Shown: positions 1 through 9,542 of the stretch, piece by piece
Layout of the letters: each line of letters opens with the position of its first letter
Position numbering within the stretch: the first letter of the stretch is position 1
Assembly: GCA_945898515.1 (NCBI GenBank)
Contig: CAMDIH010000001.1
Coordinates: forward strand, 13,093 to 77,092
DNA: 64,000 nt
From: Candidatus Neomicrothrix parvicella RN1
Lineage (GTDB): Bacteria; Actinomycetota; Acidimicrobiia; Acidimicrobiales; VFJN01
Direction of reading: 5' to 3'
Translations under genes and position numbers: made by a program
Notes under the pieces: generated by a model
Told to the model about the DNA's origin: nothing
The model's input: only the letters and a program-made list of their open reading frames with translations
Database searches by the model: none

Positions 1-503
1 AGCGGGTGAATCTGTTCCTTGAGTGCTTTCCCCCGCTCGAACCCCGCTGGCGACCGGTGGCGGAGAGTCGCCTGCGAGCGGAGTTGAACGGCAACCGGAT
101 CGTCCTGGCGGGCAAGGTGGACCTCAGCGTGGGACGAGCCCACGGCACCCGGGCCGGCAAGGTCCTCATCGACCTAAAAACCGGCGGCTTCGCCCCCCAC
201 CATCACGAGGACCTCCGGTTCTACGCCCTCATCGAGACGCTTCGGCTCGGCGTGCCGCCCCGGCTCTTGGCCAGCTACTACCTCGACGGGGCTCGCCTGC
301 AGGAAGAAGTGGTCACCCTCGACACCCTCGGTTCCACCGTAGAGCGAGTGGTAGCGGCGGCGGGTCTGATTGTCGCCTTGCGTCACGATGGCCGCCCACC
401 GGTGCTGAAACCGGGCCTGCCGTGTCGCTGGTGCCCTCAGCGGAGCACCTGCGAGGTCGGGCAGCAGCACCTCAGAGAGCATGACGATCCGAGCGGCTGG
501 TGA
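1..503 (+). CDS. PD-(D/E)XK (RecB/Cas4-like) nuclease family protein, C-terminal part; the 5' end lies outside the window
   Basis: The reading frame is open to the window edge (track ORF 6..503). It has a D-x-K context (VLIDLKTG), a YALIE helix and a C-terminal Cys cluster (CRWCPQRSTC), as in Cas4/AddB-type nucleases. Confidence 0.55.
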   Translation, partial: RVNLFLECFPPLEPRWRPVAESRLRAELNGNRIVLAGKVDLSVGRAHGTRAGKVLIDLKTGGFAPHHHEDLRFYALIETLRLGVPPRLLASYYLDGARLQEEVVTLDTLGSTVERVVAAAGLIVALRHDGRPPVLKPGLPCRWCPQRSTCEVGQQHLREHDDPSGW

Positions 504-536
504 TCACACCGCTGCCGAGAACTAGCATCGCTACCG

Positions 537-1472
537 ATGGCGCCGTCGGAGAAACCCACCAAAACGGCCACCAAAGCTCGCCGGGTAGTGAAGCTCCCGG
601 TTCCCGCTGAAGCCCACACGCCCTCGGTGGCGCTCGCAGTGGTGCCATCGAAGCCGGAAGCCGACCAGCATGGGGATCTGCGGCGCTCCGATGTAGACGA
701 GTGGGGCCGCTCGGCCAAGAGCCGAGACCTAGCGCGACGGATCTACGGGCCGCTGTACCGCAGTTGGCACCGTGTGGAATGGGACGGCCTCGACAAGATC
801 CCCTCCCACGGCGGTGCGCTACTGGTATCGAACCATGCCGGGGCCATCCCCGGCGACGCCCCGGCGATCATGCACGGCATCGAAGAAGAAATCGGCCGCC
901 CGGTGTACGGCCTAGCCGACGAGATGTTCAAGCGACTACCCATCGCCGGCACGTTGTGGGCCCGCACCGGAGGAGTACTCGCCCACCCCGACAACGCCTA
1001 TCGGTTACTGCGGGAGCAGCAACAGTTGGCCCTGGTGTTCCCGGAGGGCACCAAAGGCACCGGCAAGTACTACCGCGATCGGTACCAACTCCGACGATTC
1101 GGGCGCGGCGGGTTCGTGCAGATCGCCATGCGGGCCGGGGTGCCGATCGTGCCGATTGCGGTGGTGGGGGCCGAGGAGGCCATGCCGATCCTTTGGAAGA
1201 ACACCCCTCTGGCCAAAATGCTTGGCCTCCCCTACGCCCCGATCACCGCCAACATGCTCGCCTTTGCCGCCCTCGGCCCCCTCGGGGCGCTGCTCCCTCT
1301 TCCGGCCAAAATCAAGATACGGGTACTCGACCCGGTCAGCTTTGATGTGGAACCCGATCAACCCCGCTATTCGCGAAGCCTCGTCATGGACGAGTCCGAA
1401 CACATCCGCCAACACATCCAAGACGCCCTGTTGGACATGCTGCGCGACCGCAAATCCGTTTGGTTCGGCTGA
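537..1472 (+). CDS. Lysophospholipid / glycerol-3-phosphate-type acyltransferase (PlsC family)
   Basis: SNHAG...D and FPEGTKG acyltransferase blocks, with a hydrophobic C-terminal segment. Confidence 0.75.
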   Translation: MAPSEKPTKTATKARRVVKLPVPAEAHTPSVALAVVPSKPEADQHGDLRRSDVDEWGRSAKSRDLARRIYGPLYRSWHRVEWDGLDKIPSHGGALLVSNHAGAIPGDAPAIMHGIEEEIGRPVYGLADEMFKRLPIAGTLWARTGGVLAHPDNAYRLLREQQQLALVFPEGTKGTGKYYRDRYQLRRFGRGGFVQIAMRAGVPIVPIAVVGAEEAMPILWKNTPLAKMLGLPYAPITANMLAFAALGPLGALLPLPAKIKIRVLDPVSFDVEPDQPRYSRSLVMDESEHIRQHIQDALLDMLRDRKSVWFG

Positions 1473-1482
1473 AGGACCCACG

Positions 1483-2520
1483 ATGGGAAAGCGCGTCCTC
1501 ATCACCGGCCTCGGCACCTTCTGGGGTAGTCGGCTAGCCCAAGCCCTGGAAGCAGATCCCAACGTCGACGTGATTGTGGGCCTGGACCGCAACGCGCCCG
1601 ATGTGCCCCTGGCGCGCACCGAATACGTGCGCAGCGATGAGAGTTACTCGATCCTCAGTCGCATCGTGAAGGCCGCCCGAATCGACACGATCGTGCACAC
1701 CTTCCTCGTGATGGATTCCACTCAGATGAGCTCCCGCCAAATCCACGAGATCAACGTCATCGGCACCATGAACCTCTTCGCCGCCGCCTCGGCTTCGGCC
1801 AGTACGGTGCGCAACGTGGTGGTGAAATCATCCACCCTGGTGTACGGCGCCCACCCCAAAGACCCGGTGTGGTTCTCTGAAGAGACCCGGCGGGCGGCGG
1901 GGCCGGTCCAGATGGTGGAACGCAGCCTCTTGGAGGTGGAGAGTTATGTGCGTGACTTTGCCGTGGACAACCCCCAGATCGTCGTGGCCATGTTGCGCTT
2001 CTCCAACGTTCTCGGCCCCGACATCACCACTCCACTGGCCAAGGCCCTCGATTTGCCATTGGTTCCGCGCATGTTCGGGTTCGACCCGCGTTTCCAATTC
2101 GTCCACGAAACCGATGTGGTTCGGGCGATCCTCTTTGTGCTTGAGCGCGAGATCCAAGGCACCTTCAACGTTGCCGGCGACGGCCTCCTGCCGTGGAGCG
2201 AGGTGGCTGCCCTCTGCGGCAAGCGCACCATTCCCCTCTCCCCCTGGGGTCTTGGGTTGCTCAGCGCCCCGATCAGACGCCTGGGTATTGAGCTACCCCC
2301 TGAGTTGATCGACCTGCTACGCCACGGTCGGGGCGTGGACAATCGCCGCCTCAAACAACGAGGCTTCGCTTACAACTTCACCTCGGCCGAAACAGTGACC
2401 GACTTTGTCGGATCACTGCGCGTCGGCGCCATGACCGCAGCGACCGGTGCGGCCTACCAGTACGAACGCGACGTGGAACAGTTCTTCCGCCACAGCCCCG
2501 CCGTGGTCAATCCCGACTGA
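1483..2520 (+). CDS. NAD-dependent epimerase/dehydratase (extended SDR)
   Basis: The Rossmann start MGKRVLITGLGTFWG lies at ATG 1483, in frame with track ORF 1156..2520. The upstream part of that ORF overlaps the PlsC gene and is Pro/Ser-rich. Confidence 0.8.
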   Translation: MGKRVLITGLGTFWGSRLAQALEADPNVDVIVGLDRNAPDVPLARTEYVRSDESYSILSRIVKAARIDTIVHTFLVMDSTQMSSRQIHEINVIGTMNLFAAASASASTVRNVVVKSSTLVYGAHPKDPVWFSEETRRAAGPVQMVERSLLEVESYVRDFAVDNPQIVVAMLRFSNVLGPDITTPLAKALDLPLVPRMFGFDPRFQFVHETDVVRAILFVLEREIQGTFNVAGDGLLPWSEVAALCGKRTIPLSPWGLGLLSAPIRRLGIELPPELIDLLRHGRGVDNRRLKQRGFAYNFTSAETVTDFVGSLRVGAMTAATGAAYQYERDVEQFFRHSPAVVNPD

Positions 2521-2565
2521 TCGCCGCGCCCGGTGCCCCACCCGAGTAGAGGGTTGCCCCGGGTG

Positions 2566-3789
2566 TCAGTTGCCGTTCGAGGACCAGTGCCAGGGTTCGC
2601 TGGGCAGGTTGTAGAAGCCGTAGCCCCCTGCATTGGCCGCCAGCCACTGGAAACAGGGACTGCTGCGAGAACTAATGGCCCCGCCACCGTTGCAGGTGAA
2701 GTCCACCGCCAGGCCGCGTTCGTGCATGGACGAGCCGGGGGGCGCCGTGGGGGGACTGCACTGAGAGGACGGCATCTGATAAATCGCGTAGTCGCTGGTG
2801 CCACAGTGGGCACGACGCAAGGCGATCTGCGCGGACGAACTGCGGTAACCCCCGCCGCAAAGGGCGTTGCCCGCCGCCGAGGCGGCGTTGATCAGTGACC
2901 GCAGGGACCCGACAACCGATGTCGCCACGGTGATTGAGCCGCCATTAGGGCAGGCCACCGAACCTAGGCCGGGGTTGAGCGATCCCCCACCGCCGCCGGA
3001 GGGACGACCACCGCCGGTGGCGCCGGTGTTTTGCTGGGCGAGGGCCGCTTGATCGTTGCGAATCTGCTGGGACAAGTTGGCGTCGAGGTCGGCGAGGTTC
3101 TCCGCCTCCGCCAGTGCCCGATCGAGGCGACTCTGCACCTGATTGGCGTAGGCGGTTTGTTGCTCGAGCGCCGAGGTGAGTTCACCCAGACGACCTTCTT
3201 CGGCAGCCTTCTTGGCTTTGGCCTGAGCGGCGGCGTCGCTCGCCAGCGCCCGTTCCACCTCGAGGTCCTCCTCGGCGGCGCCGAGACGATCCAGAAGGTC
3301 ATCGTCGTTGGTGTTCTGCAGTTCCAGTAGCGCCCGCTTCTCGGCGGCCTCACCCGGGTCGTCGGAGTCGAGGGCGGCCAGTGCATCGTCGGAAGGCGGA
3401 TGCACGAACGCCTCGACGGCGAACTCGCGGATGTCCTCGCGCAGGAGGGCAATCTCGGCCGTCTTGGCCTTCACCGCCGCAGTAGCTTCGACGAGAGCCT
3501 GATCGGCTTGGACGGCGGCTCGCTGGGCTTCGGCAAACAGTGCCCGCTGACCGGCCACGTTGTCCTGCAGGTCCGCCAGCGCCCGTGAGACCTCCGCGTC
3601 GCTGGCTCGCAGGGCATCCACCTTGCTAGCCACCTGGGCCTTTTCGGCGCGTACCCGTTCCCGCTGGGCCGAGGGACTCTCGCTGGCCTTCTGAGCCAAT
3701 CCCACCAGCGGGGTTGAAACCAGAGCGACAGCCAACACCACCCCAAGGGCGGCAACAACAGACCTCGGGGACAACCAACGGAAACCCAT
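2566..3789 (-). CDS. Exported coiled-coil protein with a C-terminal LAS-type (VanY / peptidase M15) D-Ala-D-Ala carboxypeptidase-like domain
   Basis: N-terminal TM/signal segment (VVAALGVVLAVALV). About 250 aa of Ala/Glu/Leu/Gln-rich coiled-coil-like sequence follows. C-terminal blocks SSMHERGLAVDF and EPWHWS are present. I moved the start to ATG 3789 inside ORF 2566..3924. Confidence 0.7.
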   Translation of the reverse strand: MGFRWLSPRSVVAALGVVLAVALVSTPLVGLAQKASESPSAQRERVRAEKAQVASKVDALRASDAEVSRALADLQDNVAGQRALFAEAQRAAVQADQALVEATAAVKAKTAEIALLREDIREFAVEAFVHPPSDDALAALDSDDPGEAAEKRALLELQNTNDDDLLDRLGAAEEDLEVERALASDAAAQAKAKKAAEEGRLGELTSALEQQTAYANQVQSRLDRALAEAENLADLDANLSQQIRNDQAALAQQNTGATGGGRPSGGGGGSLNPGLGSVACPNGGSITVATSVVGSLRSLINAASAAGNALCGGGYRSSSAQIALRRAHCGTSDYAIYQMPSSQCSPPTAPPGSSMHERGLAVDFTCNGGGAISSRSSPCFQWLAANAGGYGFYNLPSEPWHWSSNGN

Positions 3790-3894
3790 ACACCTCACCT
3801 GGGGTTTATTCACACGAGCCACAGCACCCCCATCGTCCCCGCGTACAACACGCACCACAAGGCTAGGAGGGTAAGAGACACACTCTAGTCGGTA

Positions 3895-3907
3895 AATTGT
3901 AACAATT
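3895..3907. promoter_or_regulatory. Perfect 6-1-6 inverted repeat AATTGT-A-ACAATT in an AT-rich divergent promoter region
   Basis: Read directly from the sequence. It lies between the divergent starts at 3789 (-) and 3957 (+) and is conspicuously AT-rich for this genome. Confidence 0.35.
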
Positions 3908-3956
3908 GCAGGACCCAAAGTCACACCAGCACCACTGGCAGTGCCAAACTGCCGCT

Positions 3957-4721
3957 ATGTCCCTTCTGCACACCGAAATCGCCGACGGCGTCGCCACCGT
4001 CACCCTCAGCGACCCCGATCGCCGCAACGCCCTCACCCTCCCCATGGTGGTGGAGATCACCGAACGCTTTGATGAACTCGAAGCCCAGGCCAGCGTCGCC
4101 GCCATCATCATCACTGGAGCGGCACCGGCCTTTTGTGCCGGCGCCGACCTGTCCCATCTCACTCATGCCTCCGGCGGCGACGCCGAGACGGGCCTCCGCG
4201 CCATTTACGAAGGCTTCCTGCGGATCGGGCGCTCCCCGCTTCCCACCATCGCCGCGGTCAATGGTGCGGCGGTGGGCGCGGGGATGAATCTCGCCCTTGT
4301 CTGCGATGTGCGACTCGCGGCCACCAGTGCCCGCTTCGATACGCGCTTCCTCAACCTCGGTCTGCACCCCGGAGGAGGACACACCTGGATGGCCCACCGT
4401 ATTGCTGGTCCGCAGACGGTGGCCGCCACCGTATTGTTCGGTGAGATACTCAACGGCGCAGAGGCGGAACGGGTAGGACTGGTGTGGAAGTGCCTACCCG
4501 ACGACGAACTACTCGACTACGCCCGGTTGATGGCCGGGCGCGCCGCCTCGGTTCCTGGCGAACTGCTCCGCCGCACCAAAGCCACCCTGGCCGATGTCCC
4601 GACCATCACCGACCATCCCGCCGCCGTGGACCGCGAACTCGTGCCCCAGGTGTGGTCGCTGGAACAACCAACGTTCCAAACTCGCGTGGCTGCCCTCCAG
4701 GCCAAAATCTCCTCGAACTAG
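3957..4721 (+). CDS. Enoyl-CoA hydratase/isomerase (crotonase) family protein
   Basis: LSDPDRRNAL, ITGAAPAFCAGADL and AAVNGAAVGAGMNLAL blocks. The start was taken at MSLLHTEI. Confidence 0.85.
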   Translation: MSLLHTEIADGVATVTLSDPDRRNALTLPMVVEITERFDELEAQASVAAIIITGAAPAFCAGADLSHLTHASGGDAETGLRAIYEGFLRIGRSPLPTIAAVNGAAVGAGMNLALVCDVRLAATSARFDTRFLNLGLHPGGGHTWMAHRIAGPQTVAATVLFGEILNGAEAERVGLVWKCLPDDELLDYARLMAGRAASVPGELLRRTKATLADVPTITDHPAAVDRELVPQVWSLEQPTFQTRVAALQAKISSN

Positions 4722-4730
4722 CCGCGCCCC

Positions 4731-5321
4731 TCAGTCGATCCAGGTGGCCACGAGTGCATCACGGCGATCGACCCACTCCTCCGACGTGATGGCGAAGCGA
4801 ATGTGGTCCTCCCAGATCCCGTTGATCTCCAGGTAGCGCAGGGCAACCCCTTCGTCACGGATCTCCAGTTTTTCCGTGACCCGCCGACTGGCCAGGTTGC
4901 GAGGAATGATCGAGATCTGGATTCGGTGCAGGTTCAGTTGCTCAAAGGCGTGCCGGCACACCAACACGAGCGCCTCGGGTATGTAGCCCTGCCCGGCGCG
5001 GGCTTGGTCGATCCAATAGCCCAGGTAGGCACTCTGAAACGGTCCCCGCTGCACGATGGACAGGTTGAGCTCGCCGGCAAAGAATCCATCGACGAACAGT
5101 CCGAAGCCGTGGCTGGTGCCGAGTTGTCGCTCGCGGTCACGAGCACCGCAGCGCGCCGCGAAGGCGGCCCGATCGCGCACCGGATCGGGGGCCCCGGCGA
5201 GCGAGGCCGGCTCCCACTTCACCAACCAGTCGCGGTTGCGCTGACGAACCTCGGACCACGCGGGAAAGTCCTCCCGCACCAAAGGACGCAACACCACCCG
5301 GCGACTGATCAGGGTGCTCAT
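4731..5321 (-). CDS. GNAT N-acetyltransferase, RimJ/RimL-like
   Basis: N-terminal RRVVLRPL..EDF and GYWIDQARAGQGYIPEAL blocks, typical of ribosomal-protein-type GNATs. A 4-nt overlap links it to the upstream ppx gene. Confidence 0.75.
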   Translation of the reverse strand: MSTLISRRVVLRPLVREDFPAWSEVRQRNRDWLVKWEPASLAGAPDPVRDRAAFAARCGARDRERQLGTSHGFGLFVDGFFAGELNLSIVQRGPFQSAYLGYWIDQARAGQGYIPEALVLVCRHAFEQLNLHRIQISIIPRNLASRRVTEKLEIRDEGVALRYLEINGIWEDHIRFAITSEEWVDRRDALVATWID

Positions 5322-6241
5322 CCCCCTGATCCTGCCGTATCCGCAACGATGGAGGCGACAAGACCATCGAGGATGTCGGCGACCGACACCGATAGCTCAT
5401 CGATCCCGAGCGTGCGCATGAAGGCCACCAAGATGCAGCAGCCGCCCACGATCACATCAGCCCGCTCCCGATCGAGACCCGGATTGTGCACACGATCCTG
5501 CGGCGCTTCGGTAGCGAGGGTGCGAAACACGTCCTCGGCGGCCGCCCGCGTGAGCACAAAGTGGTGGAGGGCATCGCGGTCCCACTGCGCCAGCCCGATC
5601 TCCACCGCCGCCACCGTAGTGATGGTGCCGGCGAGGCCCACCACCTTTCGTGCGGCGGCGGCCGACGGCACCTCTCGAATCAGATCGTCGAAGAAGTCCG
5701 ACGCCTCCGCGATGGCATTGGACAACTCTTCGGGCGCGGGCGGATCGGTGGTGAAGTGCTTCTCGGTGAGGCGAACACAGCCCAGGTCAAAGGAGCGGAC
5801 GGCGTCGAGGGTGCGGCTACCAACCATGCACTCGGTGGAACCACCGCCGATATCGACCACCAAGAACGGCCCCTCCGCCGAGTCCAAATCGGCCGTGGAA
5901 CCCGCAAAGGCAAGGGCGCCCTCCTCCGCCCCACTGAGCACCTCCACGGGCACGCCAACCGCAGCGGCCGCCGCTACGAAGTCTTCGGCATTGGCGGCAT
6001 CGCGCACCGCCGAGGTGGCAATCACTCGCAGTGTTTCCACCCCGTGGGCGTCCATAATGCCCCGGTAGTCTCGCAGCGAGGCCACGGTGCGCTCAATGGC
6101 CGCCGGGTGCAGTCGACCGTTGCGGCCCACCCCCTGGCCCAACCGGGTGATCGTCATCCGCCGTTCCACGGTGGTGAGTCCGTGGCGAATCAACAACCGC
6201 GTGGAGTTGGTTCCACAATCGATAGCGGCGAGCAGAGGCAC
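5318..6241 (-). CDS. ppx: Ppx/GppA family phosphatase (exopolyphosphatase-like)
   Basis: AAIDCGTNSTRLLI and VVDIGGGSTE ASKHA-fold phosphate-binding motifs. It sits in the conserved position after DUF501. Confidence 0.85.
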   Translation of the reverse strand: MPLLAAIDCGTNSTRLLIRHGLTTVERRMTITRLGQGVGRNGRLHPAAIERTVASLRDYRGIMDAHGVETLRVIATSAVRDAANAEDFVAAAAAVGVPVEVLSGAEEGALAFAGSTADLDSAEGPFLVVDIGGGSTECMVGSRTLDAVRSFDLGCVRLTEKHFTTDPPAPEELSNAIAEASDFFDDLIREVPSAAAARKVVGLAGTITTVAAVEIGLAQWDRDALHHFVLTRAAAEDVFRTLATEAPQDRVHNPGLDRERADVIVGGCCILVAFMRTLGIDELSVSVADILDGLVASIVADTAGSGG

Positions 6242-6304
6242 CGCCTGACGCTACCGGTGGGAGCACCGACCCGCGCCGCCCGCCCGGGGAGAACCCGGCG
6301 GTGC

Positions 6305-6778
6305 TTAGGTGGCCTCGGGGAGATGCTCCTCAACCCACTGGCCCACGGGATCGTCACCGCCGGCGAGATGCCAGGCGTAGTGCGCGTGGAGACACTTCAC
6401 CCCCACTCGGGTGCCGCCCACCCCGCCGCTGGGCCGATGGCCGGTGTGGCCCGGGGGTACGGCCGCATCACGTTCGGCGGCGTATCGGGCGTGCGCCGCC
6501 ACCAAGATGGCGGGGTCGATCTCCGCTTCGGCCCGGTTCACTCCCCCGGCGGCTTCTAGTCGTGAAACACGAGTGCGTTCGGGTTCGCCCACCAACCAGT
6601 AACGGGTGGGCATGGGCGTGCCGTCGTGGAGTAGCGGAGCGTTCTGCAGCACCACCGGCGAACCGTCGTCGTGCCGCACCACCACCACAAAGGCCCCCTG
6701 TACCGGCCGCCCCAGGAGCGCCTCTACCGCCGCCCGGTCGGTCGCGTCGGCGGTCATGGGTGCCGACCTAGTGACCAC
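6305..6778 (-). CDS. DUF501 domain protein
   Basis: PTRYWLVGE and GVGGTRVGVKCLHAHYAWHLAGG blocks. It is the usual partner of ppx/ftsB/eno in Actinomycetota. The start could be Met-8 (6757). Confidence 0.7.
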   Translation of the reverse strand: MVTRSAPMTADATDRAAVEALLGRPVQGAFVVVVRHDDGSPVVLQNAPLLHDGTPMPTRYWLVGEPERTRVSRLEAAGGVNRAEAEIDPAILVAAHARYAAERDAAVPPGHTGHRPSGGVGGTRVGVKCLHAHYAWHLAGGDDPVGQWVEEHLPEAT

Positions 6779-6958
6779 TTCAGGACCGATGAGCCCACAC
6801 CACCCACCAACGCCGCCGGAGTCGGCGACGGCGAGGAGGTCCGGCGCAGGCCCGGGGCATCGCTCGGCGGCTGTTCAAGCCGCCCGCGGCGTTCCACCTC
6901 CGCCCGCTTCGGCGGGTGGTTGCGGGTGATGGATATCCCCATCACAGGCCTCGGCTGG

Positions 6959-7756
6959 TCATGGCGTGAGCTTCCGGATCCCCGTCGCCGCCCATACCCA
7001 CAGCACCACCAGCGCACCTCCCAGCGCCACCAATCCGGGCCAGGTAACCGCCCAGGTGACCTCACCCACAAAGCCCTGGCGGGCCAAGGCGAGCACATCA
7101 CTGAGGGGGTTGAGGCGCGCGAACGGCTCCGTCCACCCAATCTGATCGGCGAGGGGCACGGTGCCCGTCGAGAGGAATGTGCACACAAAAATCACTAATT
7201 GCAAGATCGGACCGGATCGCTGATTGGGCATGCGAAATACCAGGCCCAAGGCCCAGCCCGCTGAAATAACCGCAGTGCCCATCGCGGCCAGGAACAACAC
7301 CAGCAGACCGAGGGCGCCGCCGGGGATACGCGCCCCCATCACCAACGCCACCGTCAACACGGCAGTGGCGGTCACCATCGCCCGTACCACCGTGGCCAAG
7401 GCGGGTCCTACCAGTAGGGCCACCCGCGAGCCCGGCGACAGCAGCAGCCGGTCATAAAAACCCGTCTCGATATCCCGCACGGTGGCAAAGCCAATACCAA
7501 AGCCCGCGAAAGCCGACCCTTGGATAATGGCGAAGGGCGCAAACCAACTCACAACGTTGTCGGTGGGAAACGACGGCAACGCCAACAGGCTGCTGAAGGA
7601 GCCCGAAAAGGCCACCAGAAAAAAGATCGGCATGGCCACCAAGGGGACCATGGCCGCCGGGATGCGCAAGATCCCCAGGAGCGACCGGTGGCCGAGGGCC
7701 AGCGCCAGGGGAACCCAGGAGAACGCCGACGGCGCTGGGATGGCCGGCGCCGTCAT
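6959..7756 (-). CDS. ABC-2 type transporter permease
   Basis: Six hydrophobic spans. ATG 7756 overlaps the stop of the upstream permease (ATGA). The longer track ORF up to 8461 runs out of frame through the neighbouring gene. Confidence 0.75.
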   Translation of the reverse strand: MTAPAIPAPSAFSWVPLALALGHRSLLGILRIPAAMVPLVAMPIFFLVAFSGSFSSLLALPSFPTDNVVSWFAPFAIIQGSAFAGFGIGFATVRDIETGFYDRLLLSPGSRVALLVGPALATVVRAMVTATAVLTVALVMGARIPGGALGLLVLFLAAMGTAVISAGWALGLVFRMPNQRSGPILQLVIFVCTFLSTGTVPLADQIGWTEPFARLNPLSDVLALARQGFVGEVTWAVTWPGLVALGGALVVLWVWAATGIRKLTP

Positions 7757-8577
7757 GTTGCCCTCCGCAACCGCGCCCGCAAGGCCATGTTTGCCCCGAA
7801 GATGGCTAGCGCCGCCAACCCCGCCGCCACCAGAAGCGACCCGGCGGCCCTGCTCCAGTCCAGCCCCACGATTACCTGGTAGCGCATCCCATCCACCATC
7901 CAGGTCACCGGGTTGTACGACGCGATCGAACGGTAGGCCCCCTCCATCGACTCCGTAGGAAAGAAAGCCGAGGACACAAACAACACGATGAAGGTGAGGG
8001 GGAACATGTTCTGCACCGCTTCGGCCGAACCAGTGCGCAGGGCCAGCATGGCGGCAAACCCGCCGATGACCAGGGCCAGCACCATGGCGTAGGCGATGAG
8101 CAGCAGGCCCCCGGGCACACCGGCGGCGACGCGCGCCCCAAAGGCACCGTAGAGAACGATGAACACCATCGCTTGCAGAGCGCCAGTCACCGAAGCCCCC
8201 ATCAACCGGCCCACCAAGATCGATGTGCGCGACACCGGCGAAGCCAGTAGGCGGTCGAAGAACCCGGTCTGAATATCGGTGGCGGTATCGCTGCCCGCGG
8301 CGAGCCCACCGAAGAGAACCGACTGAGTGATGGAGGCCACCAGGAGGAAGTCGAGCAAGGAATCCACCCCGTCGAATCCGGGGAGAAACTCCACCGCCCT
8401 CCCCATCGCCGAGGTGTTCACCGCTGCGATGAAGATCGGGAACAACAGGCCCGGCAGCCACACCTGCGGTTGACGGAGCGTGCCCCGGATCGAACGCAGG
8501 CCCAGGGCTCGGCCCTGCTCAAGTGCGACACGGGCGCCAAACCCGACGTCTCGCTCACCAACGACCACCACAGCCAT
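7753..8577 (-). CDS. ABC-2 type transporter permease
   Basis: Multi-TM protein paralogous to 6959..7756. It lies directly downstream of the ATPase gene. Confidence 0.75.
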   Translation of the reverse strand: MAVVVVGERDVGFGARVALEQGRALGLRSIRGTLRQPQVWLPGLLFPIFIAAVNTSAMGRAVEFLPGFDGVDSLLDFLLVASITQSVLFGGLAAGSDTATDIQTGFFDRLLASPVSRTSILVGRLMGASVTGALQAMVFIVLYGAFGARVAAGVPGGLLLIAYAMVLALVIGGFAAMLALRTGSAEAVQNMFPLTFIVLFVSSAFFPTESMEGAYRSIASYNPVTWMVDGMRYQVIVGLDWSRAAGSLLVAAGLAALAIFGANMALRARLRRAT

Positions 8578-8579
8578 CG

Positions 8580-9542
8580 CTACTCCGGCCCGCCTTCGTC
8601 GGGAATGCTGGCGCCTTCGAGACGACGACCCGTGGCCTCGGCAAACACGTCGTCGAGGCTCGGGGCATCGAGTTCCACCTGCTCCACCGGCACCCCGGCA
8701 TCTTCCAGAGCCCGCAACGCCGCCGAAACCGTCGCCGGCCCGGCGCGCAAACCGATCGCCACGGCGGTTTCATGGCTGGGACGAGGCTCGCCGAAGGCGG
8801 CGAGGGCCTGGCGTGCCACCGGTAGTTGATGAGGCGCCACCGTCACCTGAAGGCGGTAGTCACCCACGGCTTCTTTGAGCACCTTCGGATCGCCCTCGCG
8901 CACGATGCGGCCGTCGTCGATAATGGCGATACGACCGGCCAATACATCGGCCTCCTCGAGGTACTGGGTAGTGAGGAACACCGTGGTTCCCTCGTGGTTC
9001 AACCGGCGCACCTCGTCCCACAAGGCCCTCCGACTGGTCGGATCGAGGCCGGTGGTGGGCTCGTCGAGGAACAACACGCTGGGTTCGTGCACCAGAGCGA
9101 GAGCCAGATCCAACCGACGCCGCATACCACCGGAATAGGTACCCACCCGCCGCTGGGACGCCAGCGAGAGACCCACTCGCTCAAGAAGCACATCCCCCCG
9201 ACGGTCAGCTTCGGTGCGGCTAATCCCGTGCAACACCGCCTGGAGTCGCACCAGTTCGCGCCCCGTCATGAGTGGATCAATGGCGGCATCCTGCAGGGCC
9301 ACCCCGATCGAGCGGCGCACGGCACCCGCCGCCGACACCACGTCGTGGCCGGCCACCCGAGCCACGCCCGCGCTCGGACGCAGCAGGGTCGTAAGCATGC
9401 GCACCACGGTGGTCTTGCCGGCCCCATTGGGCCCGAGGAAGCCGAAAATCTCTCCCTGCTTCACCACCAGATCCACGCCGGCCACCGCCACGATGTCGCC
9501 GAAGCGCCGCACCAAGCCCTCCACTTCAATCGGATGACTCAC
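8580..9542 (-). CDS. ABC transporter ATP-binding protein (DrrA/ABC-2 type)
   Basis: Walker A GPNGAGKTT, signature YSGGMRRRL and Walker B LFLDEPTTGLD. GTG 9542 is preceded by GGAAGGAAG. The track ORF extends to 9596. Confidence 0.9.
   Translation of the reverse strand: MSHPIEVEGLVRRFGDIVAVAGVDLVVKQGEIFGFLGPNGAGKTTVVRMLTTLLRPSAGVARVAGHDVVSAAGAVRRSIGVALQDAAIDPLMTGRELVRLQAVLHGISRTEADRRGDVLLERVGLSLASQRRVGTYSGGMRRRLDLALALVHEPSVLFLDEPTTGLDPTSRRALWDEVRRLNHEGTTVFLTTQYLEEADVLAGRIAIIDDGRIVREGDPKVLKEAVGDYRLQVTVAPHQLPVARQALAAFGEPRPSHETAVAIGLRAGPATVSAALRALEDAGVPVEQVELDAPSLDDVFAEATGRRLEGASIPDEGGPE

Noticed and set aside
4803-6559. Long plus-strand ORFs 4803..6068 (421 aa) and 5486..6559 (357 aa).
   Set aside because: They are antisense to the GNAT, Ppx/GppA and DUF501 genes. 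Their composition is Arg/Ala/Ser/Gly-rich with no motifs.
6926-6945. The hairpin GTGATGG-ATATCC-CCATCAC downstream of the ABC-2 operon as an intrinsic terminator.
   Set aside because: It has only a 7-bp stem and no U-tract on the transcribed strand. That is too weak to call a terminator with confidence.
7757-8461. The 500-aa ORF 6959..8461 read as one large permease.
   Set aside because: The part upstream of 7756 overlaps the 7753..8577 permease in another frame and is Arg/Gly-rich. ATG 7756 forms an ATGA junction with the upstream stop.
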